Below the pieces are notes generated by a model. It saw nothing but the letters and a program-made list of their open reading frames with translations, had not been told where the DNA came from and searched no databases. The position numbers were made by a program, and so were the translations under genes. 64,000 bases of DNA from Eledone cirrhosa (Eukaryota): the NCBI GenBank assembly GCA_964016885.1, contig CAXHJY010000834.1, positions 124,001 to 188,000 of the forward strand, in the 5' to 3' direction. Numbering within the stretch: the first letter of the stretch is position 1; each line of letters starts with the position of its first letter. Shown here in pieces: positions 1 to 13,570 of the stretch.

Positions 1-219
1 CAACTCAGATATTTCAGTTTATGTAGGTCAGTTCATAAGCATAACAACTTAGTTGTTTAGATCTAATGTCCCAGCATGTCATATGAATTATGCCAACAGA
101 TTTAGATCTCCAATTCAGAAATAAATTCATTGTCATTGATCTTAGCAAAACGTTTTATTTTTATTTTTTTCACTTAGAATTAGTATAACAAAGAACTGAA
201 AATTGAGCTGTAGCACCCA

Positions 220-530
220 AGTACCTTGTGTACTGACTATATAGTACAGTATCCTGGGTACTGACTATTTATAAAGTACAGTACCCTGTGAACTGACTAT
301 TCATATAGTACAGTACCATATCTACTGACTATTTATATAGTACAGTACCTTGTGTACTGACTATATAGTACAGTACCTATGTAGTGACTATTTATATAGT
401 ACAGTACTCTGTGTACTGACTAAATAGTACAGTACCCTATGTACTGTCTATATAGTACAGTACCTTGTGACAAGCTATTTATACAGTACAGTACCCAGTG
501 TACAGGTTACTTGTATAGTATAGTACCCTA
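220..530. repeat. Minisatellite, ~29-33 bp unit with near-palindromic core GTACTGACTATATAGTACAGTAC
   Basis: About ten diverged tandem copies visible. Confidence 0.85.
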
Positions 531-960
531 TAGCCAGAGATGAGGCAATTAAGAAATATCCATTTTTTGACTGGTTATGTTGTTGTATATTTAACCTTTT
601 ATGTTATTTTGAGAGAAACAAGGAATCAGTTAATAATGAGTAACAAATACATTTGTCATGGCTAGTTCAATAAATCCTTTTATATTTTATCTTAAAATGT
701 CATTAAACAGCAGATTGCTGGGAAGCTAAATAATAACCAATTGAATCAGGTAAAAATAAATATTTTTCTGTAGGTAAGATGGACAGGGTGGTGGTGATTG
801 GGACAAACATGGTAGGAATTGGTAACAGCTGTTAAGTCTGTAATATTCCAACGAGATATTCCTGAAAGGAAAGTTTTAGAAAAAATGTAAATCATTTAAA
901 GCAAATAGATAAACTTATTATTAGTAATAATTATCGTATATTCTCATGCACAAGTTGCAC

Positions 961-1430
961 TAGTAGATAAATCATGCCTCCATTTTACATACAACATTTA
1001 TAATGTACCATATATTTTGAAATTGAGGCTTCGTAGGTCCAGTAGATAAGTCACACACATCTCCATTGTACATAACACTTACAATGTACAATATATTCTG
1101 AATTGTTTTTTTTTTAGGTTCAATAGATAAGTCACACCTCTATTGTATATACAACATTTACAATGTACCATATATTCTGAACTGTGGTTTTGTAGGTCCA
1201 CTAGATAAATCACTCCACTCCCACCATTTTACATACAACATTTACAATGTACCATATATTTTGAATAGAGGTTTTTTAGGCCCAGTAGATAAATCACACC
1301 TTCATTTTTCATACATCATTTACAATGTACCATTTATTTTGAATCGAGATTTTGTAGGTTCAGTAGATAACTATCACCTTCATTTTACTATTCTGAATTG
1401 AAGTTTTGTAGGTCCAATAGATAAGTCACA
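961..1430. repeat. ~80-bp tandem repeat, about 6 copies
   Basis: TAGATAA(A/G)TCAC...CAACATTTACAATGTACCATATATT...TAGGTCC recurs at about 962, 1041, 1122, 1200, 1284, 1362, 1416. Confidence 0.85.
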
Positions 1431-1597
1431 TATTAGTTTTTCACATTATATTTTCATTTAAAAAAACTGTGACTTATACAAGAGTATATAGTATAGTTAA
1501 TAATATGAAGTTGTTTTTTACAGGATGAAAATCTAAGCCTATAAACAAAGCTATTCATTATGAGCTACAGACATTTAACTTATCAGAACAATGATCT

Positions 1598-1982
1598 CTA
1601 AACCTTTTGTGGCCATATTTTTAATGAAATACACTCTATTTCAATTAAACAAAGAAGAACTTTGAGTGATTTACCACTATTATTATTTCATTACTAAGAT
1701 ACTAACTTAACAAATAGTTCTTATATAAAATTGTTGGAAAATTAGTGGTTTTTGTTTCATAGAACTAGAACCAGTTTTGGCTGGGTTTATATAAAAAGGG
1801 TTAACTCTTGCAACACTGGCATGTCAATACATCAGACTCAACATAACCAAAAACACTAAACATGATATATAAGCCCCAAAATGTAGTCTTTTTTATTGAT
1901 TTTGACAGTCATCCTATAGTGCATTTCTTTGGGGTTGTTTTTACTATATAGTCAAAAAGACAATTAGCACTAAAAGGGTTAA
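1598..1982. mobile_element. Two adjacent TTAA-bounded MITE-like elements (piggyBac-like ends)
   Basis: AAAGGG-TTAA ends at 1804 and 1982; 1598-1804 is a reverse-strand relative of the element at 63085-63511 (shared AGTTCTATGAAAC and TTGAAATAGAGTGTATTTCA). Confidence 0.5.
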
Positions 1983-2445
1983 ATTTTTTCAATATTCATC
2001 AAGTCTATTTTATGACGGGGCTTCGTTTTTGGTTTTACTTCCTCCAATAATCAATTCCAATGAGTATACATTCTCCACAATATTTATATATTCAGTTTTG
2101 TAAGATGTATGCATGGCTGGACTATTTGCTTCACAACCACATGGTCTTGGGTTCTATCCTACCCTGTGTCATATTGGGCATATGTCTTCTACTCTTTTAC
2201 TAAATTCTTGATATATACATGTATAATCATCATCATTTATGCCTGCTTCTCCATGCTGGTATGGACAAGAAGGATTGTTACAGACCATGTCAGTGCTTAA
2301 TTAGAGCTATTGTCCTAGTTGGGTTGGGGGCTACATCACACATATGATCCAGTTTGGGTATGGTTTCTACAGCTAAATACACTAGGTGCATTTTATTGTG
2401 GAACCAGCACTAAAGATGTCATGTCCTTATCCTGACTGAACAGTT

Positions 2446-2498
<53 letters not shown>

Positions 2499-3128
2499 AA
2501 TGTGTTGTGTGTCAGTGTGTTTGTTTCTTCTATTTGCATTCAACATGATATATTTGTTTATATTTAGCATAAACAGATATCCCACTACTCACAGCTGGAC
2601 ATATGAAGAGCCAAATTATACTTAAAAAACAAGCAGGTGTTGGTGTCAGGAAGAACATATATCAATGGAATTCTGCCTTTTAAAAGCTTCATAATCAGCC
2701 TGACTGCAGGGAAGAAATGAATATAAAACTGATATTTACACACCACAGCGGCTTCGTCTCAGTGGCGTGAATAGCCGCTGTGGTGTGTAAACACAACATG
2801 CGGTAGCGGCCAGTTACAGATTTGAACTCGCTGTGTAAGCATGGATTGCTGGAAATTTTTCTTCCTTGTTGATAATCCAAAAATATCCACTTCCGTGACT
2901 TACCATCTGATTAATTGGTGAAATATATTTCTTTAATGGAATATATACAGGGAAGATTAATCATATTAAAAGGTATCTATTTTTGAAGTTCTAGTCAACT
3001 TTATTTGTTACCTTCCTAGCTATGCGTGGTTACACGCTTGTAAAAATTATCTCCTGTGATTATTCATGTTTATATATATGTTAATCAATTTCTAGTTATT
3101 ATATATATATATAGTTTTAATATAGATG

Positions 3129-3179
3129 AGATTCTACAGGACTAGAACCGTTTCATTCTTTAGAAATCATCAGGAATCT
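3129..3179 (-). ncRNA. Type I hammerhead ribozyme motif (Penelope pLTR-like context)
   Basis: Minus strand: AGATTC-CTGATGA-T-TTC taaa GAA-T-GAAA-Cggttctagtcct-GTA-GAATCT; 6-bp helix I, intact core. Confidence 0.7.
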
Positions 3180-3331
3180 GGGTATCAAAAAATAAATATG
3201 GTATTTATAGGTCTCTTCAGGTGGTAGGAGAGGGTAGGGAGTGGGATGGGTGTAGGTCATTGGTTGATAGAAAAGGGAATTCATTAAAAGCTAATTCTTC
3301 AAAGCTATAGTTTATATTTAGAGTAACAAAG

Positions 3332-3476
3332 GCAGAAAGAATTCTATAAACAAGTTCAGGATGGGGTGCCACTCCTTATTTGTTAGCTTAAGTGAAACTT
3401 AAAAATAAGGAGTGGCACCCCATCCTGAACTTGTTTATAGAATTCTTTCTGCTTGCCAAGTCATGACTTGGCAAGC
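3332..3476. repeat. Perfect 50-bp inverted repeat followed by a 26-bp perfect palindrome
   Basis: Arms 3332-3381 / 3403-3452; GCTTGCCAAGTCATGACTTGGCAAGC at 3451-3476. Confidence 0.9.
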
Positions 3477-3508
3477 TATTTAGAACACTGGTTTAACTGC
3501 TTTACTTC

Positions 3509-3543
3509 CCTCCGAAGAAGAGATATTATCTCGAAAATTAAGG
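3509..3543 (+). ncRNA. Minimal hammerhead-like motif (variant core)
   Basis: CCT-CCGAAGA-A-GAGAT att ATCTC-GAAA-ATT-A-AGG; C in place of U4; palindromic AATT helix III. Confidence 0.4.
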
Positions 3544-3820
3544 ACACTTAAATAAATCTAAGGTAAAAGACTAATTGTCAACAATATCTTTTGCATTCTT
3601 TATTCTATGTCCATGCCTGCATTGTTTTGGCTTTATTATAAATATACAAACGTTTATACCTCATTACACAATGCTTCAAGTGAACTAAACTTCCTCCATA
3701 TATATATATATATATAGTTAAAAATGAATGAACAAAACACAGGAGGCAATTGTACATTTATATTAGGTTCATAATTTTCATTGATCTTTTATAGAACAAA
3801 ATTGAGATGTCTTTATTTTG

Positions 3821-3852
<32 letters not shown>

Positions 3853-4364
3853 TTATTAACATAACAGATTAAAGTTTAAGCAAAGAATCTCTGCTTTCAC
3901 CCTTATCGAGCCCTCTTTAGATTTTAGTCTTCAAATTTATTATTATTACTATATATATATATATAGTTTGTTCTTATATGACAATGATGGTCTGCATCCT
4001 GGTAACCTGCCTTTATACTACACCCTTTCTGTGAAGTTTTATTGCTGCGTTTATATAAAATCTTGGCTTGTGAACATGCCACCTCCTTTCTTCCAAATGC
4101 ATAAACACCCACATACATATAAAGTAACATACACACATACACAGAGAGCAATACAAAGTAACACATATACAAACTTCTGGTATGTTTTACATATTTTTAC
4201 TGTTTCATTAATGTATGTGTGTGTATATATGTATGTGTATGTATGTATGTAAGCTTTTCGATTTTTCATCTCTTTGATTGCTTCTTTAACCCTATAACTG
4301 TCAACTTCAATGGTTGGCTCTTCTGTTGTGTAAGTTGAGGCCTGGAAATATTACTATGTTACTA

Positions 4365-5915
4365 ATGAAGAGAATGAATGGGAGGAAGAGAAACTACCCT
4401 CAACTTACACAACAGAAGAGCCAACCATTGAAGTTGACAGTTATAGGGTTAAAGAAGCAATCAAAGAGATGAAAAATCGAAAAGCTTTAGGACCATCAGA
4501 GATAACTGCCGAGATGCTAAAAGCATCATGAGAAGTAGGAGTCAAACTAGTAACCCGCATAGTCAATCATGTAGAAAGGAGCAACTATAGAGGAAAAAAC
4601 TAAGTTCTGAAAGTGATGGAAAGAGCTATCATCCTCATTATCATTTAACGTCCATCTTCCATGCTAGCATGGGTTAGACGGTTTTGTTCCATTTGATGCG
4701 GGAATTGTCGGGATACCATGTTTCGCTCGCACAGAAGTGTCTCTGGCAGGTTTTTTTTTACAGCTGGATGCCCTTCCTAACACCAACCACATTTACAGAG
4801 TGGACTAGGAGCCTTTTCACCATGTCTCCTACATGGCCACCTTACAGTGTGGACTATTCTGTCATCAACACAGTGGACGGAACGAGAGAGGGAGGGTGGG
4901 GCAGGGTGTGGCGGTGGGGTGTACATTGAGTTAAGAGGTGCCTACTGACTATAGTTTGTATGCATGGTAGTCGGGTCTTCTGTACAACTGCATGGCGCCA
5001 AAAGTCTCGATCGAGTGTCATTGTCTTAGAGAGGTGTAGGTGGGTAAGGTCAGTTTTTATCACCTCATCCCAGGTTTTTCTCGGTCTACTCACTCTGCAG
5101 CTTCCATCAATTTTCATTGCCCTGCACTTTTTTATACAGATGTCGTCCTTCATACGCATCACATGTCCATACCAACGCAATCTCCTCTCCAGAACACAAC
5201 ATTTGATACCTCTTACGCTTAGCCTCCCTCTTAGTTCGTTTATGCTTCGCCTTTTGCGCACCTTATTATTACACATCCATTGGAGCATGCAAGCTTCATT
5301 TCTTTCTAATCTACACAGGTCTTCAGCATACAATGCCCAAGTCTCACTACCATGTAATATTGCCGTTCGTATACATGCATCATACAATCTGCCTTTCATG
5401 TATAGTGCAACTAATTAGGAAAGGGTCAAATTAGATGAGATGCAGTTTGGTTTCATGCCTGGGAAAAGTACTACAGACATTCTCTTTTTAGTTCTTAGCG
5501 AAAAATAGGCCACTACACCTAGCTTTCGTTGATTAGAAAAAGCATTTGAAATAGTACACCAATCTATTATATGGTGGTCCTTATGGAAATTAGGTGTAGA
5601 AGAATGGTTGGTAAGAGTAGTGCAAGCCATGTAGAGAGGAGCAGTCAGTGAGAATAGAAGATTAGTTTAGTGAGGAATTCAAGGTACATGTAGGAGTTCA
5701 TCAGGGTACAGTTCTTAGCCCACTACCATTCATTATAGTTCTCCGGGTTATAACAGAGGAGTTTATGACCAGTTGCTCCTGGGAACTTCTCTATGCAGAT
5801 GATCTGGTCCTTATAGCTAAATCCATTAAATATTTAGATGACAACAAGTGGAGAGATGTCGTGTTGAGAAAGACCCATCTAACCCATGCAAGCGTGGAAA
5901 AGCAGACGTAAAAAT
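4365..5915 (+). mobile_element. Decayed, internally deleted RTE LINE interrupted at ~4630-5400 by another RTE
   Basis: Pieces match the 52770-54720 copy: EENEWEEE/MLKAS, VKLDEMQFGF, YADDL and the 3' tail. Confidence 0.75.
4628..5400 (-). mobile_element. 5'-truncated RTE LINE with 3' UTR and (GAT)n tail
   Basis: ORF 4854-5399 has LHGSETW, RRLRWYGHVMRM, RPRKTW. Confidence 0.9.
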
Positions 5916-5954
5916 TATGATGGTGATGTGTGTATGTATATATGTACTTATATC

Positions 5955-5987
<33 letters not shown>

Positions 5988-6289
5988 TTTATTAAGATAC
6001 TACACCAAAAGAGAAGAGACCTATACTTTCAAATAATTCGGAAGTATTTCCCTTTGTTGAAAAAATATATCTGAAAAATATTATGCATGACCCCCTAAAT
6101 GTGTAACCCTATAAATGTATGTAACTCCTGATGGGGTCATTGGGGCGCCGTAGTGGCATACGTCCATTCTTGGACATTTTTTAAACCTGGTGGAGCCCAT
6201 CTCCCCTCAAGGTCTAAACAGAGCAGATTTCTCCAGAGAAGTGAGAAATATAGAAGAATCGAACCTCACCCCAATATTGGACTGGTACT

Positions 6290-7861
6290 TTTTTTTTTTA
6301 GCCACCTCGAAATGACGAAAGAAAAAGTTGACATCGGCCGGATTTGAACTCAGAGCGCAGAGTCGGAACAAATACCGCAAAGCATTCTATCCAACGACTC
6401 TGCCAATTAGCCGCCGATGAACCTATGAATATTAATCCGTCTATAAATATGTGACCTCCTTAAAGTGTGCCCCTGTAATAAAAATATATGGATCCGTAAA
6501 TGTATACCTGCTATAGAAAAAAAATGTTTCGTAATCATTTCCAAGTGTGATTGTTTTACTGGCCTTATATTTCTGTTTACTTAGAGTGCGTTTGGAGAGA
6601 GAGAGAGAGGAGGGGGGGGGACAAACTGTATGCGTGTAAATATACTATAAAAACCACACACACACACATGTGTGTGTGTTTGTATGGTGTGTAAATAAAC
6701 GGCAAAAAAATTGTCAATACTAGTAATTATTAGTCTACTGGCTTACTTGATTAAATGTAGCCGAAGAAGTAGAAAGTTAGGCACCCAACATTTCATTGCT
6801 AATGTGAACGGTTGAGCAGTGGCTGCGTAACTTCCACTGTAAAAACAGCTGTTTTATAACGGACTGGCAGAAATGTTGGGGTAGGAGTCACGTTGGATTA
6901 CTGGTGTTGTTCAGTCACAATGAAAGGAAAGAAGCCAATCGTAAGATCGGTCCAAGGAAACAATGTTTTCATTGCTGATACAGTAGAAGGAACAGCGTGA
7001 AATAAATAATAAATTATTTTCCTCAGGAACACAACCCAACAACTAGTCCAAAACCACAGCCACTAGGCCACGTACCTGTTTAGACACAGGTATGCTCCAA
7101 TCGAACAGATCTTTAATCAAAGATGTTACGGCCCTCTGCGTTTTGGTTTTAAATCCTGTCGACGTCAACTTTGCCTTTCATCCTTCCGAGGTCGATAAAA
7201 TAAGTACCATTCAAGTACTGAGTCGAACCTCTCCCCCCAAAAAATGTCTGGCTTTGTGACGAAATTAGAAACCATTATATGTGTGTGTGCGTGCGTATGC
7301 ATGTATAATTGGTGCTTTGTTGACAAACGCAAGAATGAATACTCAATACCGAAAATTTAATATTCTTCTTTGTGACTAAAACTTCACTTACCCATAATCA
7401 ATATCTAATGTTACATTATCGAACTCACGACCTTACAATTGTGAGCCCAAGGCCCTAACCTCTAAGCCACGCGCTTTCACTATATACCACTGTATGTCTG
7501 TGCACACACAGTGATTGCCTATCAGTGAACCACAAATATTACAAACTGCCAGTATTATCGTCAATACCAGTTGTTTTCTATTTCAAGGTTCTTGCTATTT
7601 AGTTGTTAATATATCCTACATCTTACACACAGCTGATTGTGTGTATAACAATATGTAATATATATACACACAGTAAAAAAAAATTTATATATATACACAC
7701 ACTACAGTAAAAAAAAAAAGACAGCAAAAATATAAGAAAGACTCTTCTGATTAGCAGACCGCAGTGGTCTAGAAACGTTGACAAAATTATGAACCTAGGA
7801 ACTTTATTATTCAGGTCGAACTGTAGAGGCCTTATGAGAACATTCTAATAAAGAAGTTCTT

Positions 7862-7898
<37 letters not shown>

Positions 7899-8110
7899 GT
7901 TTTGCACCTAGAAATTTCCCCTTCCGAGGCACAGGCTCGGGCAAGGTGTTTTTATGGAAGACCAGCAGTCGCCCATGCATACCAGTCTCCCCCTCTCCAC
8001 GCCACTGATGTTGTCGGCAAAGGCCGATACAGTTTGGCACCTGAGACGCTGCAACACATTTCAGCATTTGTGAATCCAACTCTCTAACCACTAAGCCACG
8101 CGCCTTTATA
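6290..8110. mobile_element. Several tRNA-derived SINE copies or fragments (~6290-6420, 7150-7275, 7420-7480, 7890-8110)
   Basis: B-box complement (GGATTTGAACTC) and shared core GCCTTTCATCCTTCCGAGGTCGATAAAATAAGTACC. Confidence 0.65.
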
Positions 8111-9369
8111 TATATATATATTGGAGTTATAATTGTTTGACAAGTTATTCAATTTGAGACTGTTAAAACTAAAACAATTACATCGTAGAATAGTAATTTT
8201 AGTCATTTAAAAACACACAGGAACTGTTAATTTTATTTCATGTTTATAACTGGAACTGCGTCAGTGACCAGGTCACAAACAGTGCGACGAAAATTTTAAC
8301 ACTAGGAAATAAATCTATAAAGTGAAGTTCTTGCGTTTTTTAATTATATATATATAATTACACACACACACACATATATATATATGTATATATACACATG
8401 TATATACATACTTATCTACATACATACAAACATGCCAATAGAAAACAAAATACATGATAAGACAGCAATGACAACAAATATAATTGGTATGAAAAGGTGT
8501 GTCAGTAATATGTGGAGCTGGTAGATAAAGTTTAGAGAACTGTACCTTGATGTTTCGAGTAGTTTGGGTCATGTTTTGCGAAAATCTGTTTAGCAAGTCC
8601 ATCATTACAGCGACATTCAGACACCAAACGGTGTAAGACAAAATAAGTGTCTTGTGCAAAAGATATATTTTCTGAGAGATAAATTCATAATTGTAAATTT
8701 ATTACAGTTATATAAACGAAGTGGGTGGGGGATATGATACTCTATCGATTATATCATTGTGGTAAATTTTTATTATTATACTGATTTTGGAGGCGGCTGT
8801 TATAGGAGTTCTCAGGTAGGGAAATGACAGTAAACGAGTAATTTACGACGATTTTAAAGGCCATATTCGTTCAAAACATGTAAAAAAACATCATAAATTT
8901 TACATTAAAAATTCTACCAACCCATAAAATAAAAATATAAACAATTATTATTACACATGAGACGCGTGTGAAAATAAAATTAAGCGATACTGTTGCTCAA
9001 ATAAGTTTCTCTGACAGTTACATTTTGACAACAGCTCAATCCCAAAATTAGTACGCCGCCCACACGATATTTTGATTGTTTTGTCTCACTTTTCTTCCAT
9101 TCCTCTTTTGTTTGTCTGTTTAACCGTAAATAGTTCGAACAAATTTATCACTAAAAGTGAATATCTGTTTTTAGGGTTGGTAAAAAAGGGGGGAAGTAAA
9201 CAATGTAAAACAAAATAAAGCGAAAGTAATATATTTTATTATTATCCCACATTGCCAATACAATCTAATGAATAAGACTGCAGATTTGTACAGTACTAAA
9301 AAAGAAGGAGGGAAGACTAACACAGTTAATCACTCGTCACAAGGAGCACTGGTGCATCTATCTAACAAT

Positions 9370-9630
9370 ATTTAAGGAACGCCAACACTCTCGCAGCATT
9401 GACGCTAATGATAGCGAAGCTAAGGCGCTGGAATAACTAAGCACCCTCCACGGGCATCACCTGATACATCGGTAAAGCAAGCCGCCAACGATGAAAAAAC
9501 TTCGTTGTGAGCGGTCCATATCTTGAATGTCACAGACGGGAAAAAATAGTTTACCGTTAATTCCTGGTACTTTGGAATTTTATTCCGTTCCACCACACAA
9601 CCAGCGTTTTTCAAGGAATAACTAGAACAT
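9370..9630 (-). mobile_element. CRE-clade non-LTR 3' fragment (restriction-like endonuclease region)
   Basis: ERNKIPKYQEL.VNYFF...SGDAR; homologous to 13730-14090 and 62850-63085. Confidence 0.6.
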
Positions 9631-10139
9631 TATGGAATTTAAAATGGTAGCGTGTAATTTAATAACATGGCTGCTATTTCTAGCAGATTGAACAGCTATG
9701 CAGAGACTGCAGAGACTACCGAGACGTTTCGCTGCTTTATTTCTCGTATATTATCGATCCAGTTTTTACTGATCCTATATACTGTTATAGTTTGGGAGGG
9801 TCATGATGTCAGAAAAACAAATGCACCAGTTAAGTTTCATTTCAGAATATTATTATTATTTGAGTAACTCACCGGTTAGTTTAGTAACTGGGTATCTGCT
9901 TAATTGTCAAAGTTCTTTCAACACATATCCTGTGACCTTATCAATGACTATTCTTGTTCCTCTGTGTCTCTTCTTTGAAGATGGGGGTAAATACAGATCA
10001 GAACAAAGAGGAGCAAGAATAGTCATTGAGAAGGTCACAGGGTGTGGGACGAAAGAACCACCCAGTTACTAAACTAACCAATAAATGGATTAGTTACTTA
10101 ACTAATAATAAACTGAAACTCAACTGGTGCATTATATAT

Positions 10140-11588
10140 ATTAGCGTAAAAGTTGGTGTTCATCAGGGCTCTGTTCTTAGCCCCCTACTATTTATTATTG
10201 CCCTTCAGGCTATAACAGTGGAGTTCAAGACCGGCTGCCCATGGGAACTCCTATACGCAGATGATCTAACGCTCATAGCTGAATCAATGGCCGAGCTAGA
10301 GAAGAAATTCCAAACATGGAAGCACGGCCTAGAATCATAAGGCCTTAAAATTAACCTGGCTAAGACTAAAGTTCTAGTTTGTAGGAAAGAAAATAAAGCA
10401 CCGGTCCCTTCCGGGAAATGGCCATGCTCAGTGTGTAGGAAAGGCATAGGTAGAAACTCCATTTTATGTCCCAAATGCAAAGTATGGGTGCATAAAAGAT
10501 GTAGTGGGATCACAGGTAAGCTAAATAAGAACATAGATTTTACATGTGGCCGGTGCTCTGGTGCAATAAGTAGCAGCAAGTGCCCACAAAAATACTAGCT
10601 CTTTCAATAGAAATAGTGGACAGCTTCCGTTACCTGGGTGACAAAATCAGCAGTGGGGGAGGGTGCTCTGAAAGTACAGTAGCTAGAGTCAGAACTGGAT
10701 GGAAAAAGTTCAGAGAGCTTATACCACTATTAGCCGCTAGAGTTCTCCCTAAAAATGAAAGGCAGGCTGTATGATGCCTGCATACGAACAGCAATGTTGC
10801 ATGGCAGTGAGACCTGGGCATTGTGTGCAGAGGATATACGCAGACTAGAGAGGAACGAAGCTTGCATGCTCCGCTGGATGTGTAATAGTAATATACGAGA
10901 ACGGCAAAGCATAAACAAAGGGAAAAATTAGAAATAAGAGGGATCAGATGTTGTTTACTCGAGAGAAGGCTACGTTGGTATGGTCACGTGATGCGCATGA
11001 AAGACGACAGCTGTATAAAAAAGTGCAGGGCAATAAAGATAGACGGTAGCCACGGAGTAGGCAGACCCAGAAAAACCTGGGACGACCTGATAAATTCCGA
11101 CCTCACACACTTACACCTCTCCAAGACAATGTCACTGGACCGAGATCTTTGGCGGTACTCAGTAATAGAGAAGACCCGCCTTACCTAAATACAAAGTAAA
11201 ACCTACTACAGTCAGTAGGCATCTCTAACAAAATACCCCCCCGTCCCACCACCCCCACCCCATCCACACCGCCCCCTTCTATGTAAAGTTATGTTGGTGC
11301 CACAACATCCAGGCCGAAACAAATGAGATCGTGTAGGTGTCACGACAAAAAACACACAGTCCACGCTGTAATGTGGCCGTGTAGGCAACACGGTAAAAAC
11401 CTCCCAGTCCCACACTGTAAATGTGGTTGGTGTTAGGAAGGACATCCAGCTGTAGAAAACCCGCCAGACAGTCCTATGCGAGCAAGACAACCACTCTTGC
11501 CTCAAGTGGGAAAACTCCCGTCCAAACCCATGCAAGCATGGAACATGAACGTTAAACGATGATGATGATGATGATGATGATGATGATA
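10140..11588 (+). mobile_element. 5'-truncated RTE LINE with 3' UTR and (GAT)n tail
   Basis: GVHQGSVLSPLLF, YADD, FRYLG, GRPRKTW with stops and frameshifts; tail at ~11557-11588. Confidence 0.92.
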
Positions 11589-11706
11589 TATATATATCCA
11601 AAATTAAATTAAATTAAATTAAGAGTGTCATGTCTGAGAGACATGCGCCATATCCACTGTAGAATATGCTCAAAGATTCCAATGAATAGATCTGAGCATT
11701 TTATAA

Positions 11707-11723
11707 CAACTAGAAATTGATTG

Positions 11724-11787
<64 letters not shown>

Positions 11788-12152
11788 AACATGAAACAAT
11801 CACAGGGAATAATTTGTAAAGTGTGTAAGCACACACAGCTAGGTAGGTAACTAATTAAAGTTTAACTAGAACTTCAAATATAGATACCTTTTTAAATGAT
11901 TAATCTCCTTTGTATATATTTCATTAAATAAAGAACAATATTTCACCATCAATCTGTAAATTACAGTAGTCAAATCCCAGATTTTCAACAAAGGAGATTA
12001 GTCATTTTAAAAGGTATCTATATTTGAAGTTCTAGTTAAACTTTAATTAGTTACCTACCTAGCTGTGTGTGCTTACACTTTACAAATTATTCCCTGTGAT
12101 TGTTTTATATGTTTATTTTATATATATATATATGGCAATCAATTTCTAGTTG
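11707..12152. repeat. Long inverted repeat (arms ~165-205 bp) of a dispersed element also found at ~2865-3100
   Basis: Arms 11707-11913 / 11988-12152; AAAAGGTATCTAT.TTTGAAGTTCTAGT shared with ~2970. Confidence 0.85.
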
Positions 12153-12162
12153 ATATATATAT

Positions 12163-12480
12163 GTGTTGTTTCCTTAAGCAAGACACTTTATTTCACATTG
12201 CTCCAGTTTACTCAGCTATAGAAATGAGACGATAGGGACTGGGGTCCCTATCATTCGACTGCAAAGTGGTCGTGGAGGTGCCACAGCAAAAAAAGCACCC
12301 AACGCACACTGTAAAGTGGAGGTGCAGGCACCACGGAAAAAAAGCACCCAGCACTCACTGTAAATTAGGTTGGTGTGAGGAAGGGCATCCAGCTGTAGAA
12401 ATCAAGCCAGAATCAGTTCCCGTCCCACCCTTGCAAGCAGGGAAAAGCGGACGTAAAATGAAATGATGAAATGAAATGAT
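12163..12480 (+). mobile_element. 5'-truncated SINE with RTE-type 3' end
   Basis: Reverse complement of the family at 35371-35716 and 38593-38937. Confidence 0.8.
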
Positions 12481-12737
12481 ATATATATATATATAATGCT
12501 TTCTAATTTTGACACAAAGCCAGCAATTTGGTGGTGAGGGATAAGTTGATTATATGGACCTTATTACTTTACTGATACTTTATTTTATCGACCTCTGGAA
12601 GGATGAAAAGCAAAATTGACCTCAGCAGGCTTTGAACTCAGAATGTAGAAACTCAACTAAATACCACAAACCATTTTGTCCAATGTCCTACCAATACTGC
12701 CCTTGCTATATTTAATGATTTACTTTAGTACATTTTA

Positions 12738-13570
12738 GTTCTGCATCTGTTTCAGTGGAACTGAAGTAGATGCAGAACTAAAATGCACTGCACAGGCTTC
12801 CTTAAGAGGATGAGTGTTTTAGTTTTCGCAGCACTAATTTTCATTCTAGCCATGCAGCACCCAGCATCAAATCTATCAATTGCAAGTCGGAGATCACCTT
12901 CTGTCAAGTTAAGTAACACCATGTTGTCTGCAAATTTCAGCCGACTGATTTTACACCTGCCAGTCGTGATACCACTTTCAATCTAGCTGCACATGTCAAT
13001 CCTGTTCATGAAAATAATGAACTGCAGAAGTTCAAGTATCTTGGGGCTGTGTTCACGAGTGATGGAAGGCAGGAGCTGGTGCAGTAATGAGCCAGCTTCA
13101 GCATTCAGTAGTCAGAAGAAGAGAGGTAGGTGTAAAAGTCAAACTTACTATCTTCTATTTGGTATTCATGCCAACCCTTACATATGGTCATGAATGTTGG
13201 ATAATGACTGAAAGAATACGATTGCAAATAAAAGTGGCTAAAATGAGGTTCCTCCAAAGGGTCTTTGGAGTAACATAACTTGGTAGAGTGCATAGTACAG
13301 AGATCAGAGTGTCATTCCAGGTAGAGCTGCTACTTCTCTAAATTGAGAGATCATAGCTCCGAAATTATGGGCATATGGTTAGAATGTCTCTGGAAAGAAT
13401 CACTGGACAGATTTTACAGACAAAGCCAACCGGCAGGAGACCCAGAGCAAGATAACACTATGGGCTTGGCTGGTCTCGCTTGGAGATCCAGCCTGATCAA
13501 TTGTAGACGGTTTCTTCTGACAGGATCCGCTGGAAGGGGGTTTGAGGATTCTGCCCCAATGACCTTTTCA
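12738..13570 (+). mobile_element. Second RTE family copy with an inverted 5' segment
   Basis: 13020-13570 on + (FKYLG, LTYGHECW, MRFLQRV); 12738-13020 is the upstream RT segment on -; colinear copy at 56470-57760. Confidence 0.8.

Noticed and set aside
220-530. CRISPR-like look of short palindromic repeats (also 59195-59490)
   Set aside because: No unique spacers, no cas genes, eukaryotic context
4854-5840. Apparent 5' inversion of one RTE
   Set aside because: Better explained as a minus-strand RTE nested in a plus-strand RTE, since the host sequence resumes across 4630/5400
7747-7785. Hammerhead-like CTGATTAGC-AGACC gcagt GGTCT-AGAAACGTT
   Set aside because: Core G8 mutated and no helix I; at most a relic
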